Shown: positions 9,494 to 20,973 of the stretch, piece by piece
How positions within the stretch are numbered: position 1 is the stretch's first letter
How the letters are laid out: each line of letters opens with the position of its first letter
From: an uncultured Verrucomicrobiae bacterium
GTDB lineage: Bacteria; Verrucomicrobiota; Verrucomicrobiia; Chthoniobacterales; UBA10450
Length of the DNA stretch: 64,000 nt
NCBI GenBank assembly: GCA_963735805.1
Contig: CAVTMK010000003.1
Span: 32,001 to 96,000, forward strand
Direction: 5' to 3'
The notes under the pieces: model-generated
The model's database searches: none
What the model was told of the DNA's origin: nothing
What the model saw: the letters and a program-made list of their open reading frames with translations, nothing else
Program-made: the position numbers and the translations under genes

Positions 9494-12184
9494 TTATTCG
9501 TAACGCAAAGCGAACATCGGATCGACTCGCGTCGCGCGAAGCCCTGGGATGTAGCTGGCCAGCACAGCGACACTAACCAACACAATCGAAATACTGATGA
9601 AGGTTACCGGATCGGTCGGACTAACGCCGAAGAGCAAACTCGACATCACGCGTGTCAGAACGAAAGCGACGGCAACGCCCATCGCCAGACCCGTCAGCAC
9701 AAGTCGTAGCCCGCTTCCGATGGTCATTTTCAAAACATCGCTTCTTTGCGCACCGAGTGCCATCCGGATGCCGATCTCGCGCGTCCGCTGCGCAACCGAG
9801 TAGCTCATCACGCCGTAGATTCCCACCGCTGCCAGGACCAGCGCCAGACCGGCAAAGATGCCGAGCAACAACATGCTGAAACGCTGCTGCGCTACCGAGC
9901 CGGAAACTATTTCTTCCATGGAGCTAATATCCGAGACCGGTTGATCCTTATCTATCTCCCACACAGCTTGGCGCACGGTTCCCGCAAGGCTTAACGGATC
10001 GAAATTTGCGCGAATCACCAGTGCGCGCGGTTGGAAAAATTCTGCCTGTTGGTAGGGAAGATACATCTGAGGTTTGGGCTCGGTAATGAGCTCGAATTGT
10101 CGGACGTCCTTCACGACTCCGACCACCGTCAGCCAGGGGTTCGGGGAAGTAGAAAAGCCGACTTTGATATGTTTCCCGATGGCGTTCTCACCCGGCCAAA
10201 AAAGGCGTGCCGTTGTTTCGCTGATCACCACGGCCGGCGGCGAATCGACCTTATCTTGCTCGGCAAATTCACGACCCTCAATTAATGGAATGCTCATACT
10301 CTTAAAGTAGTCGGGACTAACGACTCTGGTTATTACGATGGGCACGCGGTCTGGTGCAGGATCGGCGCGCCCCTCAATCGAGATCCCGACAGAGTTTCCG
10401 TTGTAAGTTAATGGAAGGTCTGTTGCCACGGCAGCTGAGGCCACGCCCGGCGAAGACCCGACGCGACGAAGTAACTCGTCATAAAAGAGGGACCGGCGCT
10501 GTTTATCCGGGTAACGCGTCTCCGGGAGCGCAATCTTCATCGTCAACAATTTTTCAGACCGAAATCCAGGGTCGACATGACGCAGGTGAATGAAACTGTT
10601 GATTAAAAGCCCGGCACCAATCAGCAGAAGAAACGATACCGCGACCTCGCTAATGATCAGGAATCCGCGAATGCGATTACCGTGACTTGCAGCGGCTGAG
10701 TCACGTCCGGTTTCCTTTAAGGTATCGTTGAGATCGGAGTTGGCCATCTGAGCTGCAGGAGCGAGACCAAAAAGCAACCCCGTCGCGATCGAAACCAACA
10801 GCGTAAACACAAGCACTTTCGCATCGATGGAGATGACCTGAACCTGCGAAATATTCGCTGGTATGAAACGCTTGAGCAGTTCGAGTCCGACGAACGAGAA
10901 AAACAGCCCTACGCCACCGCCCAATGCCGCGAGTAACACGCTTTCGGTAAGGAATTGCCGGGTCATCCGGGAACGGCTGGCACCGAGGGCAAGACGCAGT
11001 GCGATCTCTTTTTGACGGACTGCGGCGCGCGCCAACAACAGATTGGCGACATTTGCGCAGGCGATAAGCAAGACAAACGCGACCGCGCCGAGCAAGATAA
11101 GCAACGCCGGTTTAATATCGCCTACCACATGTTCGTGGAGCGGAGTAACGACCGCGCCGATGCTCGTGTTAGTTTGAGGATATTGGTGTTGCAGCCGCGC
11201 GGCAATTGTCGTCATCTCTGCTTGCGCCTGTTGCAAACTGATGCCCGGTTTCATGCGCGCGATCACCTCCAGATAGTGATTACCGCGTTGTTTCGCTTCC
11301 TTTGCAGTAAAGGGCATCGGAACCCAGAGTTGATCCGTGCGCTTCGGAAATTGGAAATTTCCCGGCATCACCCCGACGACCGTGAAACTTTGGCCATCCA
11401 AATTGATGGCTCTGCCGATAATGGCCGGATCAGACCCAAACCGTCGCTCCCACAGAGCGTGGCTCAGAATAACGACACGATTTGCGCCCGATTGATCTTC
11501 TTCCGCCACGAAGGCGCGGCCTAACTGCGGGGCCACTCCGAGCAATTGAAACAGACTGGCGGATACGCGTTGTCCATCGACTCTTTCGGGCTCGCCCGTA
11601 CCGGTCAGGTTAAAACTGACGTCGACCATTGCAGCCATGCCTTCAAAGACATGATTCTGGTCGCGCCAATCCACATAGTTGGCAGCCGCTGGAGTGTCGC
11701 GTGGAAACCCTTGCTTCGAATTGTCCTCCCATACCATGACGAGGCGCTCTGGATTTTTGTAAGGCAACGGCCGCAACAAGACAGCATTGACCACGCTAAA
11801 AATTGCGGTGTTCGCGCCAATTCCCAGCGCAAGTGCAACGACCGCGATAATGGTAAAAGCTGGGTTCTTAAGCAGCATGCGCAGCCCGTAGCGGAGGTCC
11901 TGCGCGAGATCGCCCAAAAAATTTGTCCTTTCTTTCCCGAGCGCAAGTGTGTCGTGTTGAACGCGCCGCTCCACTCGCTTCAATTCGTGAGCGAGCAGAT
12001 CGCTCTCGACCAACCCAGTCAGTGCTGCTTTGTATGCTTCCTCTTCAGTTGCACCCTGACCGAGCGATTGTTCGTATTGATCGTCGAGGTGCTGCGACAA
12101 TTCCTCAACGATCTCGGCTTCACGGGTCGGCGACAGTTGCAGCACCGTTACTCGCTTTCGGATCTCTTCTTTGAAATCAGGCAT
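9494..12184 (-). CDS. Duplicated MacB/FtsX-type ABC permease (ADOP-like orphan permease)
   Basis: QDLRYGLRMLLKNPAF...LGIGANTAIFSVV; LLIACANVANLLL; RTREIGIRMALGA; start overlaps the PadR stop. Confidence 0.9.
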   Translation of the reverse strand: MPDFKEEIRKRVTVLQLSPTREAEIVEELSQHLDDQYEQSLGQGATEEEAYKAALTGLVESDLLAHELKRVERRVQHDTLALGKERTNFLGDLAQDLRYGLRMLLKNPAFTIIAVVALALGIGANTAIFSVVNAVLLRPLPYKNPERLVMVWEDNSKQGFPRDTPAAANYVDWRDQNHVFEGMAAMVDVSFNLTGTGEPERVDGQRVSASLFQLLGVAPQLGRAFVAEEDQSGANRVVILSHALWERRFGSDPAIIGRAINLDGQSFTVVGVMPGNFQFPKRTDQLWVPMPFTAKEAKQRGNHYLEVIARMKPGISLQQAQAEMTTIAARLQHQYPQTNTSIGAVVTPLHEHVVGDIKPALLILLGAVAFVLLIACANVANLLLARAAVRQKEIALRLALGASRSRMTRQFLTESVLLAALGGGVGLFFSFVGLELLKRFIPANISQVQVISIDAKVLVFTLLVSIATGLLFGLAPAAQMANSDLNDTLKETGRDSAAASHGNRIRGFLIISEVAVSFLLLIGAGLLINSFIHLRHVDPGFRSEKLLTMKIALPETRYPDKQRRSLFYDELLRRVGSSPGVASAAVATDLPLTYNGNSVGISIEGRADPAPDRVPIVITRVVSPDYFKSMSIPLIEGREFAEQDKVDSPPAVVISETTARLFWPGENAIGKHIKVGFSTSPNPWLTVVGVVKDVRQFELITEPKPQMYLPYQQAEFFQPRALVIRANFDPLSLAGTVRQAVWEIDKDQPVSDISSMEEIVSGSVAQQRFSMLLLGIFAGLALVLAAVGIYGVMSYSVAQRTREIGIRMALGAQRSDVLKMTIGSGLRLVLTGLAMGVAVAFVLTRVMSSLLFGVSPTDPVTFISISIVLVSVAVLASYIPGLRATRVDPMFALRYE

Positions 12185-12521
12185 GTGCAATTCCGGTAAT
12201 GCGATTGATTGCACCGACGAATTCCTGCCATCCATCGCGTTGCGCAGCTAACACCTTCTTGCCCGTGGCAGTGATCCGATAGTAACGGCGTCGCCGTTGT
12301 CCGGCTTTTTCTACCCAGCGTCCGCAGATCCAGCCACGTCGCTCCAATCGATAGAGCAATGGATAAAGGGAAGCCACGTTGAACCGGAGGACGCCCTGTG
12401 AACGCGACTCGATCAACTGGCCGATATCGTACCCGTGCCGGGGACGATCTTCCAGCAATGACAGAATCAACAACTCCGCGCTGCCTTTCTTTAATTCGCG
12501 ATCGAGCATTGCTGAAGCCAT
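12177..12521 (-). CDS. PadR-family transcriptional regulator
   Basis: LLILSLL..RPRHGYDI...SLYPLLYRLERRGWI...RRRYYRITATG; typical partner of ADOP permeases. Confidence 0.92.
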   Translation of the reverse strand: MASAMLDRELKKGSAELLILSLLEDRPRHGYDIGQLIESRSQGVLRFNVASLYPLLYRLERRGWICGRWVEKAGQRRRRYYRITATGKKVLAAQRDGWQEFVGAINRITGIAHA

Positions 12522-12724
12522 ATATGTTTATGACGTATATCTGTGACAACGCAACAGTCAAACAAATTCACAGTGTGAAAATGTTAACCACATCCCGACC
12601 TGCCACGGGCGGACTACAACTGTCATTTCGTTCGCGCCTGCCACGCCCGGTTGCTCGCGAAAGCTTTCGGAGCAGCCTTGCGAAGGGAGGTCGATTTGTG
12701 GTTAGAATGCGTTAACCGAATTTT

Positions 12725-13129
12725 ATGGAGTTCACAGGCGGATGTGTTTGCGGAGGGACACGATATGTATTAAAGAGCCGGCCGTTCGCATTGGTCGAAT
12801 GTCATTGCATCGATTGCCGGCGAAGCGCGGGCGCGCCTTATGTCACGTGGGGATCGGTCCCTCGTGAAGATCTGGTCATCACAAAAGGCGAGGCGCGCAA
12901 AATCGTGCATGCAAATCGGATTCGCTGTTTTGCTGCCTGTTGCGGCACGCACTTATTCTTCGAGGACACTGACGACTCAAAAGCGATCGATGTAACGATT
13001 GGGTCGCTTGATGATCCAACACCGTTTGCGCCTCAAAAGGTGATCTGGCTCGAAGACAAATTGCCCTGGGTTACGATCGACGACTCGCTTCCAAGGTTCC
13101 AAAAGACTCCGAATAGCCCTGGCACGTGA
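12725..13129 (+). CDS. GFA (CENP-V/glutathione-dependent formaldehyde-activating) family protein
   Basis: GGCVCG, CHCIDCRR, FAACCGT zinc motifs. Confidence 0.88.
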   Translation: MEFTGGCVCGGTRYVLKSRPFALVECHCIDCRRSAGAPYVTWGSVPREDLVITKGEARKIVHANRIRCFAACCGTHLFFEDTDDSKAIDVTIGSLDDPTPFAPQKVIWLEDKLPWVTIDDSLPRFQKTPNSPGT

Positions 13130-13530
13130 AACACAATGTTGCTCTCATCTCTGTCTTCAGCGGACTGCTAACTTTTTTCGGGCCGGTCAGCTGTGGATAT
13201 GCGTCCGAACAAAAGGCTGCGTACGGAACGCCGGTGAAATATCAGCTCGGCAAAAAAATCGAATTTCCAGATTTTACAGTCGAGTATTTGGGCGAACGCC
13301 GCAAAAGCAGTTCTGTCTATCCGAGAGGATTCCTCTATTACGATTTCAAGGTCACCAAAGAAACGTCTGAAAAAGTAATTTCCTGGACGACCGGTACGGG
13401 GATCATTGATCCCACGGACTTTGAATTCGAAGGCAAGCGTTATCACCTCGAGTTACGCCGTTCGGAGAAGCTCGGAAAATTAAAGGACAACGAACTAGTA
13501 ATCTGGCGTGGAAATTTCAGATCCGGATAA
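13126..13530 (+). CDS. Hypothetical exported protein
   Basis: GTG start overlapping the GFA stop; hydrophobic N-terminus; beta-rich body. Confidence 0.6.
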   Translation: MKHNVALISVFSGLLTFFGPVSCGYASEQKAAYGTPVKYQLGKKIEFPDFTVEYLGERRKSSSVYPRGFLYYDFKVTKETSEKVISWTTGTGIIDPTDFEFEGKRYHLELRRSEKLGKLKDNELVIWRGNFRSG

Positions 13531-13649
13531 AGCAGTTGCCAACCCGGCTCGGACGGAACCGCCCCACAGTCAACGCTGATTGCGGTACCTAAGAACGGAA
13601 TTCCGGAGCCTCTTGCTCTTCCACGCACGCTGTGGCACAGACCAAATAG

Positions 13650-13958
13650 ATGAATCCGAAGGCTTTCTTCGGTGAACTGAAGCGTCGCAACGTTTACAAA
13701 GTCGCGGTTGCTTACATCGTCGCCGGGTGGGCGTTTGCCCAGGGAGCAGCACAGCTTTTCCCGGTGTTTGACGTTCCAAACTGGATTGTCCGGGTAATCG
13801 TCGTCTTGATCGTCATCGGTTTTCCCATCGCGCTCGTTCTGGCATGGGCATTCGAGATCACACCCGAAGGACTCAAGCGTGCTGAAGACGCCGACGCGAT
13901 GCCGCAATCTGCCCGGCTGACGAATCACAGCTGGATTTATATTGTTGGCAAATCGTGA
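13650..13958 (+). pseudogene. Truncated N-terminal membrane module of a TolB-N/TPR (cyclase-associated) family gene
   Basis: FFGELKRRNVYKVAVAY...FPIALVLAWAFEITPEGLKR normally begins much longer proteins; stops at WIYIVGKS* as the next TM segment begins. Confidence 0.65.
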
Positions 13959-13996
13959 ATTCTTTAGCGCCAAAATGAAATATGGTGCCGTGTTCA

Positions 13997-14533
13997 ATGC
14001 TATTTGATCTTCAACCACATCTGAAAGGCGAACTCATCGAACTGCGTCCGCTCAAACCCGAAGATTGGAATGATCTTTTTGCTGTCGCGTCCGACCCGCT
14101 CATTTGGGAGCAGCATCCGGAAAGCGATCGCCACGAAGAAGACGTATTCAGGGTTTTCTTCAAAGGCGCTCTCGAATGCGGTGGAACGTTTGTTGTGATT
14201 GATACGAAGAGCAAACGAGTGATCGGGTCGACACGTTTTTACGGGTACGATCCGGATAAATCGGAGATTGAAATTGGATGGACGTTCCTCGCGCGAAAAT
14301 ACTGGGGCGGACGATACAATCGGGAAATGAAACAACTAATGCTGGACCATGCGTTCGAATTTGTTGAGAACGTCATTTTTCTTGTTGGGGAAAGTAATAT
14401 TCGCTCTCAGAAGGCCACGGAAAAGATTGGCGGAATCAGAGACGGGATGGTGACAAAGATCTATGGAAACCGTCCGCCATCTACTAATGTGAGGTACCTG
14501 ATCAAGAAGTCGCGTCACAGGGCTCAGGGTTGA
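13997..14533 (+). CDS. GNAT N-acetyltransferase (RimJ/RimL-like)
   Basis: LIELRPL, IGSTRF, EIEIGWTFL, NIRSQKATEKIG. Confidence 0.88.
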   Translation: MLFDLQPHLKGELIELRPLKPEDWNDLFAVASDPLIWEQHPESDRHEEDVFRVFFKGALECGGTFVVIDTKSKRVIGSTRFYGYDPDKSEIEIGWTFLARKYWGGRYNREMKQLMLDHAFEFVENVIFLVGESNIRSQKATEKIGGIRDGMVTKIYGNRPPSTNVRYLIKKSRHRAQG

Positions 14534-14656
14534 TTTGAGGAACACGATAGTAAAGGGACGCTGCCAAACAGGGCAGCCCTGGCTGGGAAGAGTACGTCCG
14601 ATTTGGAGGTCCGGAACGTGCTTGGCAGAAATGTGAGAAAATCCTGAGATTTGTGG

Positions 14657-14684
14657 TTGACGAACTCAGCGCATCCCTTATGTT
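14657..14684 (+). promoter_or_regulatory. Putative sigma70 rRNA promoter
   Basis: TTGACG-16 bp-TATGTT with A-rich upstream sequence; a 16-bp spacer is typical of rrn promoters. Confidence 0.55.
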
Positions 14685-14808
14685 GTGAATCCCGCGAAAG
14701 CGGACCAACTCTTGCGTGGGTTGGTGTTCTTCTCTTGGCTTGAGACAAGCCGATCTTGGTCAGATTAATGACGATGGTCGTGTATTGCCTTGTACCGGAG
14801 AGGATTGT

Positions 14809-14820
14809 GGATCTTTGACA
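14809..14820 (+). promoter_or_regulatory. rRNA leader boxA antitermination element
   Basis: GGATCTTTGACA versus consensus TGCTCTTTAACA, located in the 16S leader. Confidence 0.6.
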
Positions 14821-14850
14821 GTTTGGTCGTGGGCTTCGTTGAAGAAGTCC

Positions 14851-14893
14851 GTCGATGGGAATAGATAGTCAGCAAACATTGAATTGTGCGTTA
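14851..14893 (+). other. 5' arm of the 16S processing stem
   Basis: CAGCAAACATTGAATTGTGCGTTA (14870-14893) complements 16759-16782; GTCGATG (14851-14857) complements 16785-16791. Confidence 0.8.
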
Positions 14894-15040
14894 TCTGTCG
14901 ATCTTTTTTGAAATTAAAGATTCAGATCGGACAAACGCTGCTTCGGATGAGGTGCAGCCGACACGGTTGGCACCACGGAAGAAGCAGGAATGAAAGTCAG
15001 ATCACAAACTTTCGGTTTCCTCACGGGAACCGAGTCGTTT

Positions 15041-16612
<1,572 letters not shown>

Positions 16613-16758
16613 TATTCATCGCCTTCGAGTCTCCAGATTCGAAGAGCGGTTGAATAGGTCGACGGCTAAATCCGCGGAGTGAATCAATTGATCACTTCCC
16701 GGACACGCCGTGAAGACTTTGGAATCGAAAGAAACCAAAGCTTCAAAGAAGATTAGGG

Positions 16759-16791
16759 TAACGCACAATTCAGTCTTTGCTGCACATCGAC
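16759..16791 (+). other. 3' arm of the 16S processing stem
   Basis: TAACGCACAATTCAGTCTTTGCTG...CATCGAC complementary to leader 14851-14893. Confidence 0.8.
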
Positions 16792-16794
16792 TGC

Positions 16795-16840
16795 AATGCC
16801 GGATGACGATTCGCAAGATCGCCATCCGGCATTTTGCTTT
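16795..16840 (+). terminator. Intrinsic terminator closing the 16S transcription unit
   Basis: AATGCCGGATG/CATCCGGCATT 11-bp stem, inner stem with GCAA loop, followed by TTGCTTT. Confidence 0.7.
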
Positions 16841-16907
16841 CTATCTAACGTGTTAGCCTCGCTGAGCCTATGAGATGGGCAGCGGCGAAACAGACTCGAA
16901 ATTCTGT

Positions 16908-17357
16908 TTAGTGAACCAACGTCGCCAAGGGCTTTCTGCCTTCCTCAGCGTCGTGCAGGTCTATCCATGTTTTGATGTCGTCACGATTACCCAAGCCTGA
17001 CCGCTTTTTAGCTTCCTGTAGGTCTGCACTCGCGTCGTCTCGCCAGCCGCGCTTCATGAGAAACGCGTTCCAGATCGAGATTTCCTCATCCCCGGGTCTC
17101 CTGCCTTTCTCAAAGCACCACTCGAGAATTTCCTCATCCGATCCGCCTTTCAGCGTTCGCTCCACAAGTTCATCGTAATTTATGCCCAAAAATCTTGTGC
17201 AACGAGCGTCGAACATCGTGGGATCTTCATCTACACCGGTAAAGTAGTCAGCCGGCAATTCACCTCGGGCTTTTAACCGGATCTTATCAAGCATCCGCGC
17301 AAAATAAATCAGGCCTTTTGTTTCAACGTGATCGCTACAGGGATTCTGAGTCTGCAT
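16908..17357 (-). CDS. DUF5069-family protein
   Basis: GLIYFARMLDKIRL..GELP.DY, D...RFLGI.Y.EL, SDEEILEW. Confidence 0.8.
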   Translation of the reverse strand: MQTQNPCSDHVETKGLIYFARMLDKIRLKARGELPADYFTGVDEDPTMFDARCTRFLGINYDELVERTLKGGSDEEILEWCFEKGRRPGDEEISIWNAFLMKRGWRDDASADLQEAKKRSGLGNRDDIKTWIDLHDAEEGRKPLATLVH

Positions 17358-17458
17358 TAAAAAAGCTTCTGACCTTGTGGTAAAGTGTCAACAAGCCACT
17401 CGGCACGAAATGGCCATACCACTTCGACCAAAGCTTGCGGTTATCACCAGTTCGCTTA

Positions 17459-19018
17459 ATGAGCACGATTCGAATCGTGAAGGGAAATTCAACTAAAAAG
17501 CCAGGTAAAAGGCAGCGCCGTCGTCATTCGATTATGGCTTTTGAAATGATTCGCCTGGATCGTGCTTTGGATGAACCGCTTCATGAACAGCTTTATCGCC
17601 AGATTCGCGACGAATTGGTTTCGGCAACGTTCAACAACAACAACTGTTCGCGACTTCCATCTTCTCGCGAGCTGGCGGCCGATCTGAAAGTATCCCGATT
17701 CACTGTAAACGTCGCCTTTTCCAGGCTCCATTCGGAAGGTTACCTTCAATCGAGAATTGGATCGGGCACATTCGTCGCCGAGCAGTTACCTGAAACTTTT
17801 CTCAGTGCACAAACGACAAGAGAAAAACCACACACAGAACGCCCGCCGCGTCTCTCTGATCGGGTAAGAAATATTCCGGATCATCGAGCTGGAAAACAGT
17901 TCGATTTTGGTATCGCCGGTCCACCGGGCGTCACGTTCGTTCCCGCTGTTGCAGCACTGGACGAATTTCCAATCGAAATATGGGAACGACTCAGAGCAGA
18001 CGTGCTTGCAAACAAGGGAGCCCATTTACTCCAGTATGCTTCGAGTCGTGGCGACCCCGATCTGCGCAAAGCGCTCGCCACTTATTTGTGCGATTACAGA
18101 GGTGCGCGCTGTCACCCAGACCAGATCATCATCACTGCTGGAACGCAGCAGGCAATGATGATCAGCGCAATGGCTCTCGTTAATCGAGGAGAGGTCGCAT
18201 GGATCGAGGACCCGGGTTTCTATCAGGCTCGCCGCACTTTTGGGTTCGCAGGGGCAACCGTCGTTCCGAGGCCGGTCGATCGAGAAGGGCTGACAATCGC
18301 GCGACCGCCGAAGCAGCGCTCACCGAAAATCATTTACGTCACGCCTTCCCACCAATTCCCGCTCGGCATGACGATGAGTCTCTCGCGAAGAACAGCTCTG
18401 ATCGATTTCGCGCGTTCGTGTGACGCCTACATTTTCGAAGACGATCATAACTCGGAATTTCGTTATACCGGTCCCCCGCTCCCCTGCTTACAGGGACTCG
18501 ATAACGCGGGTCGCGTTATCTATGCAGGTACCATGAGTAAGATCCTCTATCCCTCTTTGCGGCTGGGTTACATCCTTGCGCCGGAACAATTGGTCGAGCC
18601 GATGATCAAAATTCGCGCCGTCATGGACCAACATTCGCCAGCGATCGATCAGGCAACGCTGGCCCGATTCCTGACCGAGGGTTTTTTCCTGAGCCATATT
18701 AAGCGAATGCGAAAACTGTACGCTGACCGAAGAGAATTCTTTATCGAACAATTCAGCAATTTGTTAGGCAAATATTTTAATTTGGAAATTCCGGAAGCGG
18801 GATTGCATTTCGTCGCCTGGCTTCGCCTAAAGGCAGACTTACCGTTAATCACTCGCGTCTGCAGTGAAGTCGGTATCAGACCGTCGCCGTTGTCTTCCTG
18901 CTTTATGAAAGCAAAGCCAGAGCCCGCGCTCACTTTCGGCTTCGCCGCATGGTCGCGTGCGCAGATTCGCGAAGGTCTTTGCAAGTTTGCGGCAGCGCTT
19001 AATTCACGACTGAATTAA
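17459..19018 (+). CDS. MocR/GabR-family regulator (GntR wHTH + PLP aminotransferase domain); alternative start 17534
   Basis: PLHEQLYRQIR..RLPSSRELA..VSRFTV; YVTPSHQFPLG; FEDDHNSEFRY; GTMSKILYPSLRLG. Confidence 0.92.
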   Translation: MSTIRIVKGNSTKKPGKRQRRRHSIMAFEMIRLDRALDEPLHEQLYRQIRDELVSATFNNNNCSRLPSSRELAADLKVSRFTVNVAFSRLHSEGYLQSRIGSGTFVAEQLPETFLSAQTTREKPHTERPPRLSDRVRNIPDHRAGKQFDFGIAGPPGVTFVPAVAALDEFPIEIWERLRADVLANKGAHLLQYASSRGDPDLRKALATYLCDYRGARCHPDQIIITAGTQQAMMISAMALVNRGEVAWIEDPGFYQARRTFGFAGATVVPRPVDREGLTIARPPKQRSPKIIYVTPSHQFPLGMTMSLSRRTALIDFARSCDAYIFEDDHNSEFRYTGPPLPCLQGLDNAGRVIYAGTMSKILYPSLRLGYILAPEQLVEPMIKIRAVMDQHSPAIDQATLARFLTEGFFLSHIKRMRKLYADRREFFIEQFSNLLGKYFNLEIPEAGLHFVAWLRLKADLPLITRVCSEVGIRPSPLSSCFMKAKPEPALTFGFAAWSRAQIREGLCKFAAALNSRLN

Positions 19019-19112
19019 GAAATATCTCTTGCTGAGCCCTCGTGCATGACTCAGCCGTTGGTTTGTCTCGTTGTTCTGCATCGTTCTCCGTTCGAGCCAT
19101 GATTTACAACTA

Positions 19113-19166
19113 AAATGGCTCGTACAAAAGCTGCCAAGTGGATCTGGTGGTGATTCAAAGCCAGTT
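19113..19166 (+). promoter_or_regulatory. Candidate MocR-type operator upstream of the HAF-repeat gene
   Basis: Direct repeats AAATGG (19113) and AAGTGG (19136) plus inverted CCAGTT (19161). Confidence 0.35.
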
Positions 19167-19209
19167 CTTAAAGTGTCGTCATGAAAAACTTCAACAAAGG
19201 AGACAAACC

Positions 19210-20436
19210 ATGATAACACAACTTATAACCGAATGGCCTAGCCGAAGTCCCTTGATCGTTCTGATCAGTATCTGTTGCGGAGGGGCTTTAATGATCGCAC
19301 AAGCACAGAACCAGATCCCGGCGAGGCATAGAACGCAATATTACGTATCTAACCTCGACAGTCTCGGCGGCACGAGTAGCGCAGGAAATAGCATTAACAA
19401 CCGAAGCTGGGTGGCAGGGTATTCCAGGTTGACCGGTGATCAGTCCCGGCACGCTGCGCTATGGCGAAACCGGCAACACCATTCATTGCTGGATCTGGCC
19501 ACGCTCGGCGGACCAAACAGCAGCGTCACATGGAATGTGAAAAATACCGATGGCATTATTGTCGGCATCTCCCAGACTGCCGATCCGGACCCGCTGGGAG
19601 AGGCCTGGAGTAGCGCAGCCTTTTATTCCGGGCCAAACGCAGTTGGGTTCATTAATCTTGGATTCGTCTGGGAAGGTTGCCAAATGCGGGGACTTCCCAA
19701 CTTTCCCGGTGGAAATAACGGTTTTGCCACAGGAGCCAACAATCTCGGTCAGGTAGTCGGGTGGGCGGAGAATGACGTTCACGATCCCACATGCGTCTCG
19801 CCTCAAGTGCTTCAGTTTCGTCCAGCCGTATGGGAACTCGGACCGCCTGACGAGATCAGTGACCTGCCTCTGATTTCAGGCGACAGTTCGGGCGCTGCCA
19901 CGGCAATCAACGATAATGGTCAAATTGTAGGGATTTCAGGCATCTGCGACCAAGCTGTTGGAAGAGACACCGCGAAACATGCTGTGCTTTGGCAAAATCG
20001 CGGAGTGACTGATCTCGGCAACCTCGGGGCCTTGTTTTGGAATACGCCGACAGCTATCAATCAACACGGCGACATCGTCGGCTTTGCCGGTGCACCTAAC
20101 GATCCCGATGGCAACTTCCTTCAGGCGTTCATTTGGACAGCACAACGCGGAATGCAGCCTCTCGGTTTCCTTCCAGGAGATGTCCACAGTGAAGCCTATG
20201 GAATCAATGAAAGGCGCCAGGTGGTAGGGCTCTCCTGCGATGCAAATGGAAGTTGCCGCGCGTTTATTTGGGAAAACGGTGTTATGCAGGATCTTAATGA
20301 CCTCAAGCAGCCCGACTTTTCTGTGCGCCTCGAAACCGCCAAGGACATAAACGACAAGGGAGAAATTACGGGCAGATCGATCGACGCCAACAATGTGAGA
20401 ACGGCTTATTTGGCGGTACCTACTCACGGACATTAA
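19210..20436 (+). CDS. Secreted HAF-repeat (extracellular repeat) protein
   Basis: AAGGAG RBS; signal peptide; repeats ATAINDNGQIVG, HAVLWQNRGVTDLGNLG, RAFIWENGVMQDLN. Confidence 0.85.
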   Translation: MITQLITEWPSRSPLIVLISICCGGALMIAQAQNQIPARHRTQYYVSNLDSLGGTSSAGNSINNRSWVAGYSRLTGDQSRHAALWRNRQHHSLLDLATLGGPNSSVTWNVKNTDGIIVGISQTADPDPLGEAWSSAAFYSGPNAVGFINLGFVWEGCQMRGLPNFPGGNNGFATGANNLGQVVGWAENDVHDPTCVSPQVLQFRPAVWELGPPDEISDLPLISGDSSGAATAINDNGQIVGISGICDQAVGRDTAKHAVLWQNRGVTDLGNLGALFWNTPTAINQHGDIVGFAGAPNDPDGNFLQAFIWTAQRGMQPLGFLPGDVHSEAYGINERRQVVGLSCDANGSCRAFIWENGVMQDLNDLKQPDFSVRLETAKDINDKGEITGRSIDANNVRTAYLAVPTHGH

Positions 20437-20499
20437 CAAAAGACAACGAGTCCCGTTTCTAAGCACCCGAACAGATCTTCAGGTACAGGGAAAAACCGG

Positions 20500-20538
20500 A
20501 ATGCCGGATGGCGGTTGGAAAGATCGACATCCGGCATC
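20500..20538 (+). repeat. Second copy of the post-16S hairpin
   Basis: 33/39 identical to 16795-16833, same orientation. Confidence 0.85.
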
Positions 20539-20667
20539 GGTCTTGTGAAACCTATGGACAATAGGGACGCCAATGGTTGGTAGACTTCACGCTTGCCAGA
20601 ACCAACAGGCGCGCTGCCCGATCACATTTGCAATCCGCGATCCTCAACTTAAAATCGACAATTCACA

Positions 20668-20740
20668 GGGGGCATAGCTCAGTTGGTAGAGCGCCAGCTT
20701 TGCAAGCTGGAAGTCAGGGGTTCGAATCCCCTTGCCTCCA
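20668..20740 (+). tRNA. tRNA-Ala(TGC), CCA not encoded
   Basis: GGGGGCA/TGCCTCC acceptor stem with G3:U70; CCAGC-TTTGCAA-GCTGG anticodon arm; GGTTCGAATCC T-arm. Confidence 0.97.
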
Positions 20741-20973
20741 GATATTTACGAAGGTTTCAGAGAGCCGCTGAATCAGGCTTTGTCACTGCTTTGTGATACT
20801 CGCATGCGCTCGTTCACAAGGCTGGCACCTCTAAGCACACGCCAGTCTAATTCAAGCCCCCAATGGGGTGGCCGCAACTGGTGATTCACATGTTTTGCGT
20901 GCGCCTGCCCTTTACGCTCGTGGTGCGTCGCTACGCAAACGGCAAATCGTAATAGATCAACACTTCAGAATTT

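Noticed and set aside
12620..12690. GGTTGCTC..GAGCAGCC hairpin between PadR and GFA
   Set aside because: Single degenerate repeat-like hairpin with no second copy seen; insufficient support.
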